64,000 bases of DNA from Candidatus Brennerbacteria bacterium (GTDB lineage Bacteria; Patescibacteriota; Minisyncoccia; UBA6257; GWB1-50-10). Location of the stretch: the NCBI GenBank assembly GCA_016183535.1, contig JACPEK010000003.1, positions 327 to 64,326 on the forward strand. The letters run 5' to 3'. The notes beneath the pieces are model-generated. The model ran no database searches. It had not been told where the DNA came from and was given only the letters and a program-made list of their open reading frames with translations. The translations under genes were made by a program, and so were the position numbers. Shown piece after piece: positions 39,939 through 50,227 of the stretch (positions within the stretch are counted from its first letter, which is position 1; each line of letters begins with the position of its first letter).

Positions 39939-41690
39939 TTATTTCACCAACATCATCTTCCTCGTTTGGAAGAATTGCTTCGTTTCCAAGCGAGAGAAGT
40001 AGATGCCGGAGGGGAGGCCGGAGGCATCCCACGTGGTTTTATAGGTGCCGGCCGAGACCTCCTCGTCAACTAACTTTGCAACTTCCTGACCAATCGCGTT
40101 GTACACCGTGAGACGTACATAGTTTCGTTCGGGGAGCGCAAACTCAATTGTGGTCGAGGGATTGAACGGGTTGGGGTAATTTTGCTTGAGGACAAATTCG
40201 GTTGGAACCGAATTGTCTTCAACCCCCGTCGCGACATCGAATGTCCGCGCGGTATCAACATTCGACGACGCCGATTCGTTTCCGTTCCGATCAGTAAGAC
40301 GCGCCTCGAACCAGTAGACGGTACCGGGCAAGAGACCTGAAATTTCTACCGAGGATACGCCGGGCGCCACTCCGACGGTCCGCGCCCAATACGTCAAAAA
40401 ATTCGACGATTTGCTCCACCGCACGGTGCCGGTCATCGCGTCGCTTGATGTGGGAATCGTAAACCTCACCTTTACCTGGGTCCGTGAAATCGCGGTGGCC
40501 ACCAAATCGGTAATCGCCTGCGGGGATGTCGCATCAGGATACGTCCGCGCCGTCATGGTGCCGGTGTAGACAGATGTGCCCCTTGTGTTGATTGAGCGCG
40601 CGCGTCCCGCGTAGACTGTTCCGGCACGCAAGCCGCTGAACACCGCTTCTCCCCTTCCTGAAAAGCCCGAAACGGGGACGATGATAGCGGCATAGCGGTC
40701 AAGAAAAACACTGCCTTCGGCAATTTGCACTTCGGTCTGGGTCGCCCCGCCGCCGTGCGCGAAGGTCGCGACAATCATTGACTCCGACGTGGCGGTGAAA
40801 GAGAAATCACGCGGAACTTCTGGAGTCCCGGTCGGTTCCGCAAGAGTGCGCGCGGTATCAGGAACCGAAAACGCGGATTGATTGCCCGCAGAATCCCGCG
40901 CCGCGGCACGCAGATAGTAGACGGTGCCCGGTGCAAGATTCAAAAACACGGCTCCCGCCGTGCCGCCCGGAGTTGCCGGCACTACCACTTGTTGTGCCGT
41001 GTCAGAAAACGCGGCGCTCATCCCCAATTGGAAGAGGATGCTCGCGGCATCAAGGTCGCTCGGCGCTTTTGCCTGCGCCTCGGCGGAAGCACTCGACACC
41101 GCGGTCAGTACCACATCCGTCGGAACCGCAGGAGCAGTGACATCAGCTCCCGTTTCACCGTCTTCGAGTACCACCCCGCCGGCGATCAGTTGATCGAAGA
41201 ATACCGCGAGCGTTCCCCGCTCGCTGGTCAGGTAGGAAAACCACAACACTACCTGATTCACCTCGCCCGCCACAGACGGAAATCGCAGAGTGTAGGTTTG
41301 ATAACCTCCGCTCGCGGACACCGTGTCGAGATTAGAGTTCACGACCGGCGCGCCATCCTTGAAAAAACTCGCCGCCACGCGCGCGCGGCGCGGAGCAATC
41401 CATAAAGGTACCCGCAGATCAATACTTATGCTTGCGGGCGCTTGCATGGACGCGATGCTCTTGATCACCACGAGGTACCGGCTCACGCCGTCTTTCGTGG
41501 TTGTCATCTGAACCCGCCACGCGCCGTTTCCCGCCGAGGCGGAGTCGGTACGGGCAAGCGCGTATCCATCAAGGAACGATGCGGTAATTACGGTCGGAAC
41601 CGGATAGACAGAATCCGCCACCGCGAATTTCTGCGGATAGCTCTCCCGCGCCAGAACGGCGAGGAGAAGCAACGGTAATAACCTCTTCAT
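39939..41690 (-). CDS. Secreted FN3-repeat protein with T9SS type-A sorting domain (CTD copy 6, intact)
   Basis: MKRLLPLLLLAVLA signal, RBS aggagg, three FN3 (LxxGTVY), ending QNYPNPFNPSTTIEF...RLETKQFFQTRKMMLVK. Confidence 0.88.
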   Translation of the reverse strand: MKRLLPLLLLAVLARESYPQKFAVADSVYPVPTVITASFLDGYALARTDSASAGNGAWRVQMTTTKDGVSRYLVVIKSIASMQAPASISIDLRVPLWIAPRRARVAASFFKDGAPVVNSNLDTVSASGGYQTYTLRFPSVAGEVNQVVLWFSYLTSERGTLAVFFDQLIAGGVVLEDGETGADVTAPAVPTDVVLTAVSSASAEAQAKAPSDLDAASILFQLGMSAAFSDTAQQVVVPATPGGTAGAVFLNLAPGTVYYLRAAARDSAGNQSAFSVPDTARTLAEPTGTPEVPRDFSFTATSESMIVATFAHGGGATQTEVQIAEGSVFLDRYAAIIVPVSGFSGRGEAVFSGLRAGTVYAGRARSINTRGTSVYTGTMTARTYPDATSPQAITDLVATAISRTQVKVRFTIPTSSDAMTGTVRWSKSSNFLTYWARTVGVAPGVSSVEISGLLPGTVYWFEARLTDRNGNESASSNVDTARTFDVATGVEDNSVPTEFVLKQNYPNPFNPSTTIEFALPERNYVRLTVYNAIGQEVAKLVDEEVSAGTYKTTWDASGLPSGIYFSRLETKQFFQTRKMMLVK

Positions 41691-41814
41691 TTTTCCTCCT
41701 TTTTGTTTTGTGAATGTTATAACTAGGCATGACCATGCCACATTTTGGCGAATCTTGTCAACAAAAAGCTCCGCGCGAGGAAAGGCGCGGAGCGAAAAAG
41801 AAAATGAAAAAGTT

Positions 41815-42645
41815 CTAACGAGAAACCGCAATTCCCATCCGAGAATAAGCATTGTCTCCCCAGCGGTATGAGACGTACACTTTGCCGCCATTTAGACAAA
41901 TCGCGACACGATAGCCATCGACGTCCACAGAAGAAGATCTCCCCCAACAACCATCCCAATATCCGAGGAATGGATGGTCGCGTCCGAGCACAACCTCGAG
42001 CGCGAGGGAAAATGCCCACGTAACCGCATTCATGATCTCGTAGCCGGGTAGAATCAACTTCATCTGCTCTTCGTACGATTTTCCGACTGATGCGGGAGTG
42101 GCTTCGCGCGGTATGAGTCGCCACCCAAGCGATGTCGTCTCAAGATGTCCGAACGTATCCGTGCCGTCCTCCGCCCACCGATACCACAAATTGTTCCTAT
42201 ACATGACATCAGGTATGGCGAGCGATAAATCAATTAGGTTAATGGGAAACTCGGGGCGGAGCAGGTGCGTCTCGCGACATTCCTCGAGTGTTTCCTCGGA
42301 ATAGGGAATGGTCGTGAGCGCATTGAAATCTCGCTCGGTCAGTTTGCGGTTCAGCGCCGCGAAAACTTCTTCGACCGAGCGGAAATTGGGACCCATGATG
42401 AGGCGGGCGATTTTCTGCGACGTCGGCTCGCCGTTTCCTCCCCGCGCCACAAACTCGACGGTTTTACGGAATAATCGTTCATTGTGGGCGAGCGCGGCCC
42501 AAAATTTCTTGCCGGCGCCGACCTTACGGCCGGTTACAATCGCCTCATGGATGACTCCCTCGTCTTTCCCGAAGATTCCCTCTTCATCTTCCCGGGAAAG
42601 ACTCGGGGAAATGGAACAGCCAGACGCGCCATGATGTTGGTTCAT
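41815..42645 (-). CDS. Hypothetical protein (possible C-type-lectin-like C-terminus)
   Basis: 276-aa ORF with RBS gagagggg; no confident family. Confidence 0.65.
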   Translation of the reverse strand: MNQHHGASGCSISPSLSREDEEGIFGKDEGVIHEAIVTGRKVGAGKKFWAALAHNERLFRKTVEFVARGGNGEPTSQKIARLIMGPNFRSVEEVFAALNRKLTERDFNALTTIPYSEETLEECRETHLLRPEFPINLIDLSLAIPDVMYRNNLWYRWAEDGTDTFGHLETTSLGWRLIPREATPASVGKSYEEQMKLILPGYEIMNAVTWAFSLALEVVLGRDHPFLGYWDGCWGRSSSVDVDGYRVAICLNGGKVYVSYRWGDNAYSRMGIAVSR

Positions 42646-42713
42646 GACACACCCCTCTCTTTTTTTATGAAAGAACTGTTGATTTTATTTTAACAAAAAC
42701 AAACCGAACATCC

Positions 42714-44723
42714 CTACGGCGCGATGTGGGTATCTTTCCGGAGGGCGCGGAGTTCGTCCCGTAAGAGCGCGGCGAGCTCAAAATTGAGCTCTTCCGCCGC
42801 TTCCTTCATCGCCTGTTCTTTTTCCTTGACGAGCGCCGCGCGCGCCGCGCCGGATTTCGGCACCGGCTTCGCTTCGAGCGCGAGAATTTTCTCCGCGTCC
42901 GCCGGGAGAATATCGCGGATTTCCTTTTCCACCGACTTCGGGGTGATGTGGTGTGTTTTGTTGTAAGCAAGCTGAAGTTCCCGCCGCCGCGCGGTTTCAC
43001 TGATCGCGCGCTTCAAGGATCCCGTCTCCGCATCCGCGTAGAGAAGCACCTCCCCGCGAATATGCCGCGCGGCGCGCCCGATGGTCTGTACAAGCGAGGT
43101 TTCCGAACGAAGGAATCCCTCCTTGTCGGCATCGAGGATGGCGACTAAGGACACCTCGGGGAGATCGAGTCCCTCACGCAGAAGATTTACGCCTACCAGC
43201 ACGTCGTAGATCCCTTTCCGCAGGTTCGTGAGAATACGGATGCGATCCAAGGTTTTCACATCGCTATGCAAATAAGCAACCTTCGTCTTTTTCTCTTCGA
43301 GGTATGCCGCGAGATCCTCGGCCATTTTCTTTGTGAGCGTCGTAACGAGTACGCGCTCTTTTGCTTTCGCGCGTTCCTCGATGCGCGGGATAAGATCGGC
43401 GATTTGTCCGCGCGCGGGACGAAGCGTCACCTTCGGATCCACGAGGCCCGTCGGCCGGATAATTTGTTCAACCGTCTGCGCACTCATTTTCTTCTCGAAC
43501 GGCCCCGGCGTTGCAGAGGTGAAAATAACCTGCCCGATCCGTTTTTCAAATTCCTGGAATTTCAAGGGGCGATTGTCGGCGGCGGAAGGAAGGCGGAAAC
43601 CGTACTTGATTAAAGTTTTCTTTCGCGCCGCGTCGCCTTCGTACATGCCACCGATCTGCGGCACGGTGACATGGGATTCGTCGATGATGGTAATGAAGTC
43701 GGCCTGCCCGCCTGAATGCCCCTCGGGCTTTCGGCGGGGGAAATAATCGAGAAGCGTGTCGGGCGGCTCCCCCGCCGCGCGCCCCGAGAGATGCCGCGAA
43801 TAGTTTTCGATGCCGTGGCAGTAGCCCACCTCACGAATCATGGCAAGATCGAACTTTGTTCGGCGCTCCAGGCGTTCCGCTTCCAGAAGTTTTCCTTCTT
43901 TCTCAAATTTCTTGAGTTGGCTTTTCAACTCCTCCTTGATCGCTTTTATCGCGCGCTCCCTCTCTTCTTTCGGGGTAAGAAAATGCTTTGCGGGCGCCAT
44001 AATAACCTCCGCTACCTCCGGCGTCACCCCGGGCACAAATCCTTCCGCGGGTCGAATCTCGTACATTTTTTGAATCGCGCCGCGTTTCACTTCCAAGGCG
44101 TAGATCAGTTCGCGATCCGGCGGCATAATCTCCCACTGATCCCCGCGAATGCGGAAAGTGCCGCGCGTGAGATCCGAGTTGGTGCGCGTGTAATGAAGCT
44201 CGATGAGTTTCCGCGAGAATGTCGCGCGGTCGATCAGCGCACCGCGTTTCAAATGAAAGATATTTTCCGCGTAAACCTCCGGCGCGCCCAAGCCGTAGAT
44301 GCAGGAGACTGACGCCACCACGATCACGTCGCGCCGCGTGAGAAGCGCCGCGGTCGCCGCGTGGCGCAACCGGTCAATCTCCTCGTTGATCATCGCCTCC
44401 TTCCCGATGTAGGTGTCGGTAGTCGGCATATAGGCCTCCGGCTGGTAATAGTCGTAGTAAGAGACAAAATAGTGCACTGCGTTTTTCGGAAAAAGCGCGC
44501 GGAACTCGTTCGTAAGCTGGGCCGCGAGCGTTTTGTTGTGCGCGATGACAAGCGCGGGTTTCTGGGCCTGCGCAATCACGTGCGCCGCGGTGAAAGTTTT
44601 TCCGGATCCCGTCACGCCGAGGAGCGTCTGGTAGCGGTCGCCGCGCGCGAGTCCTCCCGCAAGTTCCTTGATCGCCTTCGGTTGGTCGCCCGCCGGATCG
44701 AATTTCGATGTGATTTCGAACAC
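42714..44723 (-). CDS. uvrB: Excinuclease ABC subunit B
   Basis: PAGDQP, GVTGSGKT, YYDYYQPEAY, DESH, NLLREGLDLPEV, UVR domain. Confidence 0.97.
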   Translation of the reverse strand: MFEITSKFDPAGDQPKAIKELAGGLARGDRYQTLLGVTGSGKTFTAAHVIAQAQKPALVIAHNKTLAAQLTNEFRALFPKNAVHYFVSYYDYYQPEAYMPTTDTYIGKEAMINEEIDRLRHAATAALLTRRDVIVVASVSCIYGLGAPEVYAENIFHLKRGALIDRATFSRKLIELHYTRTNSDLTRGTFRIRGDQWEIMPPDRELIYALEVKRGAIQKMYEIRPAEGFVPGVTPEVAEVIMAPAKHFLTPKEERERAIKAIKEELKSQLKKFEKEGKLLEAERLERRTKFDLAMIREVGYCHGIENYSRHLSGRAAGEPPDTLLDYFPRRKPEGHSGGQADFITIIDESHVTVPQIGGMYEGDAARKKTLIKYGFRLPSAADNRPLKFQEFEKRIGQVIFTSATPGPFEKKMSAQTVEQIIRPTGLVDPKVTLRPARGQIADLIPRIEERAKAKERVLVTTLTKKMAEDLAAYLEEKKTKVAYLHSDVKTLDRIRILTNLRKGIYDVLVGVNLLREGLDLPEVSLVAILDADKEGFLRSETSLVQTIGRAARHIRGEVLLYADAETGSLKRAISETARRRELQLAYNKTHHITPKSVEKEIRDILPADAEKILALEAKPVPKSGAARAALVKEKEQAMKEAAEELNFELAALLRDELRALRKDTHIAP

Positions 44724-44737
44724 GCCCCTATCCTACC

Positions 44738-45688
44738 TCACCGCGAAGGGAGACGGTAGAGATCGGGATCAATGGTGCGAGCAAAGCAGGCGCGCCCCTC
44801 GGGATGAATCCAGCTCTCACCTTCTTCGTATGCATCGGAGTAGACGAACGGCTTTGGCGCGCGCGCGTTTCCGCCGTCTTCGCTGGCGCGCGCGAATACC
44901 GCACAAAGCTCGAACGACAGGTCGCCGGTTACGCGGTATTCGTAGGACACGCGCGTTTCCGGATCACGGGGAATCGTAACGCCGCGAATGCGATCCGTGA
45001 GCGTTTCAAAATTTTCGGGGAGCGCGGCTTTTCTCTGCCAATGATTGATAATTTCGCCCTGAATCATCTGAAGATCCTGGACCCTCTGGACATCCACGCG
45101 GCGGAAACGTTCCGCGGAGGGGCTCCCCGCGGAAGCAAATCCGGCAACTACGCCCACCGCAAGAACGAGAAGAATGCCGGAAACGGCGATTTTTGCGCCG
45201 CGTGTGACGGAACGCCCCGAGAGCGCCCAAAGATAGTACGCGCCGACCGCACCCGCAACAAAGGCAACCGCGGCGATTTTCAAAATAAACCTTGCGGTAA
45301 GCTCGCCTTCCAAGAAATGAGAGAGGAGCGACACAAGATCGGAAATGAGCGTCACCGCCACCGCAAAGAGGGTGAACGATACGAGCCACTTTCGCACCTT
45401 AAGCTCGCGCTTCTCCGGTATCGCCTCGTATTCCTTCCGCAGGAAGCGCGCCACGAAAACATAGACTGGAAACACGATCACGAAAGATGCGAGCGCCCAA
45501 CGCAAGGCATTCCGCGCGCCGTCAAACGCATAATATCCCCTTCCTTCCAAAATGTCGGGGAACCGGAGATTCACGAGTTGGAACGCGACCGTGAGAAACG
45601 CGGTTGCCGCGGCATAGAGCGCGACGAACGCGAGGAGATGAAGAAATACGTCGCGCGGGGCACTTCTTATTTTTTGGTTGATATCCAT
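44738..45688 (-). CDS. DUF5671-like membrane protein
   Basis: Multiple TMs, DVQRVQDL, DPET...YEY...FELCAVF. Confidence 0.7.
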   Translation of the reverse strand: MDINQKIRSAPRDVFLHLLAFVALYAAATAFLTVAFQLVNLRFPDILEGRGYYAFDGARNALRWALASFVIVFPVYVFVARFLRKEYEAIPEKRELKVRKWLVSFTLFAVAVTLISDLVSLLSHFLEGELTARFILKIAAVAFVAGAVGAYYLWALSGRSVTRGAKIAVSGILLVLAVGVVAGFASAGSPSAERFRRVDVQRVQDLQMIQGEIINHWQRKAALPENFETLTDRIRGVTIPRDPETRVSYEYRVTGDLSFELCAVFARASEDGGNARAPKPFVYSDAYEEGESWIHPEGRACFARTIDPDLYRLPSR

Positions 45689-45798
45689 ATCGTGTAAAAA
45701 TTATCAATTACCGATTTTCAATTATCAATGAATTCTCAATTCCTCAATTTCCAACTGGTCATTGAAAATCAGAATTCATGCCTTCGGTATGTTTCATG

Positions 45799-46122
45799 CT
45801 AACGTACCTTCGCACCCGGCGTCACGCTCTTGCTTGGCGCAAGCAGTACCGGCCCCTCATCGCTCTCCACCGCGAGGAGCATACCGTTGCTTTCCATCCC
45901 CATGAGTTTCCGCGGTTCTAAATTCGCGACCACGACTATTTGCCGTCCCACAAGCGCCTCGGGCACGTACGCTATCGCGACCCCCGCCAAGACTTGACGA
46001 GGCGATTCTTCTCCAAGATCGACGGAGAGTTTCACCAACTTCTCCGACCCCTCAACCCGTTCCGCGGCGAGAACGTTCCCGATTTTAAGCTCGATTTTTT
46101 TAAAATCTTCTATGGAAATCAT
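45799..46122 (-). CDS. tRNA-binding domain protein (MetRS C-terminal/Trbp111/CsaA-like)
   Basis: ISIEDFKKIELKIG, VANLEPRKLMGMESNGMLL. Confidence 0.88.
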   Translation of the reverse strand: MISIEDFKKIELKIGNVLAAERVEGSEKLVKLSVDLGEESPRQVLAGVAIAYVPEALVGRQIVVVANLEPRKLMGMESNGMLLAVESDEGPVLLAPSKSVTPGAKVR

Positions 46123-46532
46123 GCCGCAGGAGCACCGAGGTCGGAATGGATTGAACACTTTCCCGTCGCGTATTTTCCCGGACCCGCAAACGCGATGCCC
46201 AAGGCCGCGAGGAGGAGCACGAGATCAAAATCATATCCTCCGAAGAAACCTCCTTTAAATTTCACGAGCGCGATCGCACCCACCATGACGATCGCGAGTA
46301 AGATGCCCGCGAGATCCGTAAAAACTCCGAGCGCGAGGGCGATGCCCGCGAGAAGCTCCGTCGCCGGAACAAGGTATGCAAAAAACGAGGGGAGGCCAAG
46401 GCCGGCAAAAAATGCCGCCGTGGCGCCGAGATTTCCGAACTTCATCCATCCCGCACCGATGAACACCGCCGCGAGCGCGAGACGAATCAATAAGAGTCCC
46501 GCGTCCACGTTCGTTTTCTTGATTATTCTCAT
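46119..46532 (-). CDS. DoxX-family membrane protein
   Basis: LLIRLALAAVFIGAGWMK, ELLAG, GPGKYA. Confidence 0.85.
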   Translation of the reverse strand: MRIIKKTNVDAGLLLIRLALAAVFIGAGWMKFGNLGATAAFFAGLGLPSFFAYLVPATELLAGIALALGVFTDLAGILLAIVMVGAIALVKFKGGFFGGYDFDLVLLLAALGIAFAGPGKYATGKCSIHSDLGAPAA

Positions 46533-46636
46533 GCGACCATTATACCAAACCGTGAAACTATTCGTAACAACTCCACGGAGCCATTCTGCGTTTTCCGGCG
46601 ACACAGCCGGTTTTCATTCCGGGGCATAGCAACACC

Positions 46637-47875
46637 TTATTCATACCGCAACGCCTCGATGGGACTTTTCTTCGATGCGACGCGGGCGGGGTAGAGGCCG
46701 AAGACGAGCCCCACCGCCGCCGCAACGCCGATACCAAGAAACGCCGCGCCGACCGGAAACACAAATTCCCAATCCACCGCGAGCGTGCGGCCGAGGATAA
46801 GCGAGATGGCGAACGAGAAGAAGGCGCCGAGCGCCACGCCGACGAGGCCACCCGCGACCGTGAGAATCACCGCCTCAAGAAGAAACTGAAGCATAATGTC
46901 GGACCCTTTCGCTCCCACCGCCTTCCGGAGGCCGATCTCGCGCGTCCGCTCCGTCACCGACACCAGCATGATGTTCATAATGCCGACGCCGCCCACAATG
47001 AGCGAGATCGCCGCCACCGCGGCGAGGAAGAGCGTCAAGACGTCGGTGATGGTGGAAACGGTTTTCATGGCATCCGCCTGCGTCTCGAGGAAAAAATCGT
47101 CCTTCTCGGGATCCGTGATGTTATGCGAGGCACGGAGTGTGGTATTCACATCCTCGATGGTTTCCGCCACGTGATCCTCGGTGTCCGCCTCGATCACAAT
47201 ACGGTTGAAATATTTTATACCGAAGAGATACTGCTGGGCGGTCGTATACGGCACGATTACCGCGCTGTCGAAATTCAGGAAAAACGACTGACCCGTCGTT
47301 TCAAGCACTCCGACCACCCGGAAACTTTTTTCTTTTATCTTCACCCGCTTTCCAAGCGCCTCTTCATTCCCAAAAAGTTCCTCGACCACCTTCGACCCGA
47401 TCACCGCGGTGTCGGCGTACCCCCGCACCTCATCGTCGCTGAAAAGACGTCCCGTCTTCGGATGCACGTCGTATATCTCGCCGAACAACGGTGTCGCGCC
47501 GTAAATGGTGGGACGGTATGTTTCACTGCCATACGAGACGCTGTAGCTCCCGAAAACGATCGGCATGATCTTGCCGAGATGCGGCACATTGGTGGAGCGC
47601 GAGAGCGCATCGAGATCTTTCTGCTTCAGTGAATCGGTAAACGTGCTCAAGAAGTCCGACGGCCCCTTCGGTTCGCGCCCCGGCACGATCGCGATCACCT
47701 TCGCGCCGATCGATTGTACCTCGCCGAGAATAAGGGCCTGCGCGCCTTCGCCGAGGGACACAATGAGAATGATCGCGGTCACCCCGATCACGATGCCGAG
47801 CATGGTCAACGCCGATCGCGTGCGATGAGTGTTCAAGCCGCGAAGCGCCGAGGTGAATGCGCGCCGGATAAACAT
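46637..47875 (-). CDS. MacB-type ABC transporter permease
   Basis: RSALTMLGIVIG, GGVGIMNIMLVSVTERTREIGLRKAVGA, PIEALRYE. Confidence 0.93.
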   Translation of the reverse strand: MFIRRAFTSALRGLNTHRTRSALTMLGIVIGVTAIILIVSLGEGAQALILGEVQSIGAKVIAIVPGREPKGPSDFLSTFTDSLKQKDLDALSRSTNVPHLGKIMPIVFGSYSVSYGSETYRPTIYGATPLFGEIYDVHPKTGRLFSDDEVRGYADTAVIGSKVVEELFGNEEALGKRVKIKEKSFRVVGVLETTGQSFFLNFDSAVIVPYTTAQQYLFGIKYFNRIVIEADTEDHVAETIEDVNTTLRASHNITDPEKDDFFLETQADAMKTVSTITDVLTLFLAAVAAISLIVGGVGIMNIMLVSVTERTREIGLRKAVGAKGSDIMLQFLLEAVILTVAGGLVGVALGAFFSFAISLILGRTLAVDWEFVFPVGAAFLGIGVAAAVGLVFGLYPARVASKKSPIEALRYE

Positions 47876-47883
47876 GGAATAGG

Positions 47884-48600
47884 TTATTTGATAAAATGAT
47901 CGCTCGTGCGGCGCGCCTTTACCTTTTCGTCGTTCGCAATTTCGCCGTCCATAAGATGGATGATGCGTTCGGCTTGTTCCGCGGTGTAGGTTTCATGCGT
48001 GATGAGCACGATGGTATGTCCGCGCGTCCGATTCAAATCCTCAAGGATCGCCATGACCGCCTTACCAGATTTTGAATCAAGATTTCCCGTCGGTTCATCC
48101 GCAAAAATAATCTCGGGGCGCAACACCAACGCCCGCGCGATCGCGACCCGCTGGCGCTCCCCTCCCGAAAGCTGGGAGGATTCGTGCGAAAGACGGTGCG
48201 AGAGTCCCACCGCTTCGATCGCCTCTTCTGCCATGCGATTCCACCGCTTCTCGGGAATCCCGGAGTAGAGAAGGGGGAGTTTCACATTCTCGAGCACATC
48301 CGTGCGCGGGAGTAAATTGAACGTCTGGAACACAAACCCCATTTTACGGTTCCGTACTTCGGCGAGTTCATGGTCGGTATATTCGTCAATGCCCCGGCCG
48401 TCGAAGCGATACGTGCCGCCCGTCGGGCGATCTAAAAATCCGAGAAGATGGAGTAGGGTTGATTTCCCCGACCCTGAAGGCCCCATAATGGCGACAAACT
48501 CACCCCTCCCGATATCAAACGAAACTCCCCGAAGTGCGGGGGTTGAAACACCGTCGTCCGCGTACGTTTTGGAAAGCTCGCGTACTTCGATGAGCGTCAT
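47884..48600 (-). CDS. ABC transporter ATP-binding protein (LolD/MacB-type)
   Basis: GPSGSGKST, LSGGERQRV, ADEPTGNLD. Confidence 0.95.
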   Translation of the reverse strand: MTLIEVRELSKTYADDGVSTPALRGVSFDIGRGEFVAIMGPSGSGKSTLLHLLGFLDRPTGGTYRFDGRGIDEYTDHELAEVRNRKMGFVFQTFNLLPRTDVLENVKLPLLYSGIPEKRWNRMAEEAIEAVGLSHRLSHESSQLSGGERQRVAIARALVLRPEIIFADEPTGNLDSKSGKAVMAILEDLNRTRGHTIVLITHETYTAEQAERIIHLMDGEIANDEKVKARRTSDHFIK

Positions 48601-48609
48601 GTCGCGGAG

Positions 48610-50220
48610 TTATTCTCTCGGCGGCGTCGCCACGATGCGATCTCCTTCATCGAGTCCTCTCGTTATTTCCACCTCGCCGTTCGTGCCGCGCAACCCTATT
48701 GTTACCGCGCGCTCCGTAAGCGCGCCGCTCCGATCAGCCGCGTACGCCGCCCACCCTCCATTCCGCTCGCGGAGAGAGCGGAATGGAACCGCGACGACAT
48801 TCTCCCGCCGATCGGTTTCGATCTCAAGGTTCGCCGTCATGCCGGATTTCACGAGACTCTTTGCGTCGCGCACGTCTGTGACGCCCGAATTCGCAAAATG
48901 AAAAATAGTTTTGTAGGTCGCGACGCCTTCTATCACCGTTTCGGCCGGTTCCATGCGCGCCACGCGCACGGAAAAAATCTCATCGGGACCGTAGGCGTCA
49001 AACGTGACCGCGGCAAAGTCGCCCGCCGTCACTTTTCCCACGTCCACCTCGGGAATGTAGGCTTCGAGTTCGAGTGATTCCTCCGCGATCAAAGACACCA
49101 ATGTTTCGTTCGCCGCCACAATTTCTCCCACGTTCGCTTCCTGCTTCGTCACGAGCCCCGCGAAAGGCGCGGTGATGACGGTTTTCGCAAGCGCGGCGGA
49201 CGCGGCGTCGCGACGCGCTTCCACTTGAAGTAATTTTGCCTCGGCCGCGGCCAGTTCTTCCACAGTCGCTCCAGCCTTCGTGAGGGCGAGATCGGACTTT
49301 GATTTCGCCACCACCAATGCTTGCGCGGCGAGATTCTGCGTGGCACCCGACACGTTCGTGGTCGCCGTCGCCACATTCGCGCGTCCGGTGCCGATCGAGG
49401 TTTTATAGGTATCTGCGGTTGAAGCCGAAATCCCCACCGACGCGTTCACCGCGTCCAAGGCGCGCGCGAGAAAGTCGCGCGCGAGCGCAAGATAGATTTC
49501 AGAATCTGCGAGAAGCGTGCGGATCGCCGACGGCGTGCTTGACGCGCGCACCGCGCGAAGCTCCACGCTCCATGCAACGAGCTGTTTCCCCGCGCGGCGG
49601 CGGAGCTCCACTACATCCACCTGCGCCTGCGAGTCAGAAGCGGTGAACGTGAGCGTCGGGGTATCAGTGTCGTCGTTCGTGAAAAGTTGATCGGTTTTCG
49701 CGCGCACCGCGTCGTCGGCTTTCGCGTAGGCGTCTTCCACCGTAACAAGCGCGGCGGTGTAGTAGTTCGCAAAATCCTGTTCCGCTTTCGCAAGCTCGGC
49801 CTCTTTCACGGCGATTTCTTCCGGGCGCGCGCCGCGCCGAAGTTCTTCGAGGTTTGCGCGCTCCGTCGCCACCTGCGCCTCTGTTTCGCGGAGATCGGCG
49901 CGGAGATCGCTCGCGTCAAGCTCGAGGAGTGGGGCGCGGGCGGCCACGCGATCGCCGACTTTGACAAGCGTGCGGTTCACCTTCCCGCTTCGCTCAAACG
50001 CGAGATCAACATCCGACGCCGGCTTCACCCGCCCCGTCACCGAGACGGTTTCGACGATCGTCGCCCGTGCGACGGTAACTTCCTCCGGACGAATTTTGCT
50101 TTTCCCGAACGCAAACCACGCGACCGCGGCGGCTACCAAAAACGCCGCGAGTCCGATAAAAAGCCATTTTTTCCGCGCGCGGCGCGGAGCGTGCGCGTGC
50201 GGAGACGCTTGATGTGTCAT
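48610..50220 (-). CDS. MacA/HlyD-type adaptor subunit
   Basis: TM, lipoyl half-motifs (VKVGDRV; ITAPFAG), long coiled coil, GLDEGDRIV. Confidence 0.88.
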   Translation of the reverse strand: MTHQASPHAHAPRRARKKWLFIGLAAFLVAAAVAWFAFGKSKIRPEEVTVARATIVETVSVTGRVKPASDVDLAFERSGKVNRTLVKVGDRVAARAPLLELDASDLRADLRETEAQVATERANLEELRRGARPEEIAVKEAELAKAEQDFANYYTAALVTVEDAYAKADDAVRAKTDQLFTNDDTDTPTLTFTASDSQAQVDVVELRRRAGKQLVAWSVELRAVRASSTPSAIRTLLADSEIYLALARDFLARALDAVNASVGISASTADTYKTSIGTGRANVATATTNVSGATQNLAAQALVVAKSKSDLALTKAGATVEELAAAEAKLLQVEARRDAASAALAKTVITAPFAGLVTKQEANVGEIVAANETLVSLIAEESLELEAYIPEVDVGKVTAGDFAAVTFDAYGPDEIFSVRVARMEPAETVIEGVATYKTIFHFANSGVTDVRDAKSLVKSGMTANLEIETDRRENVVAVPFRSLRERNGGWAAYAADRSGALTERAVTIGLRGTNGEVEITRGLDEGDRIVATPPRE

Positions 50221-50227
50221 AAAAAAA

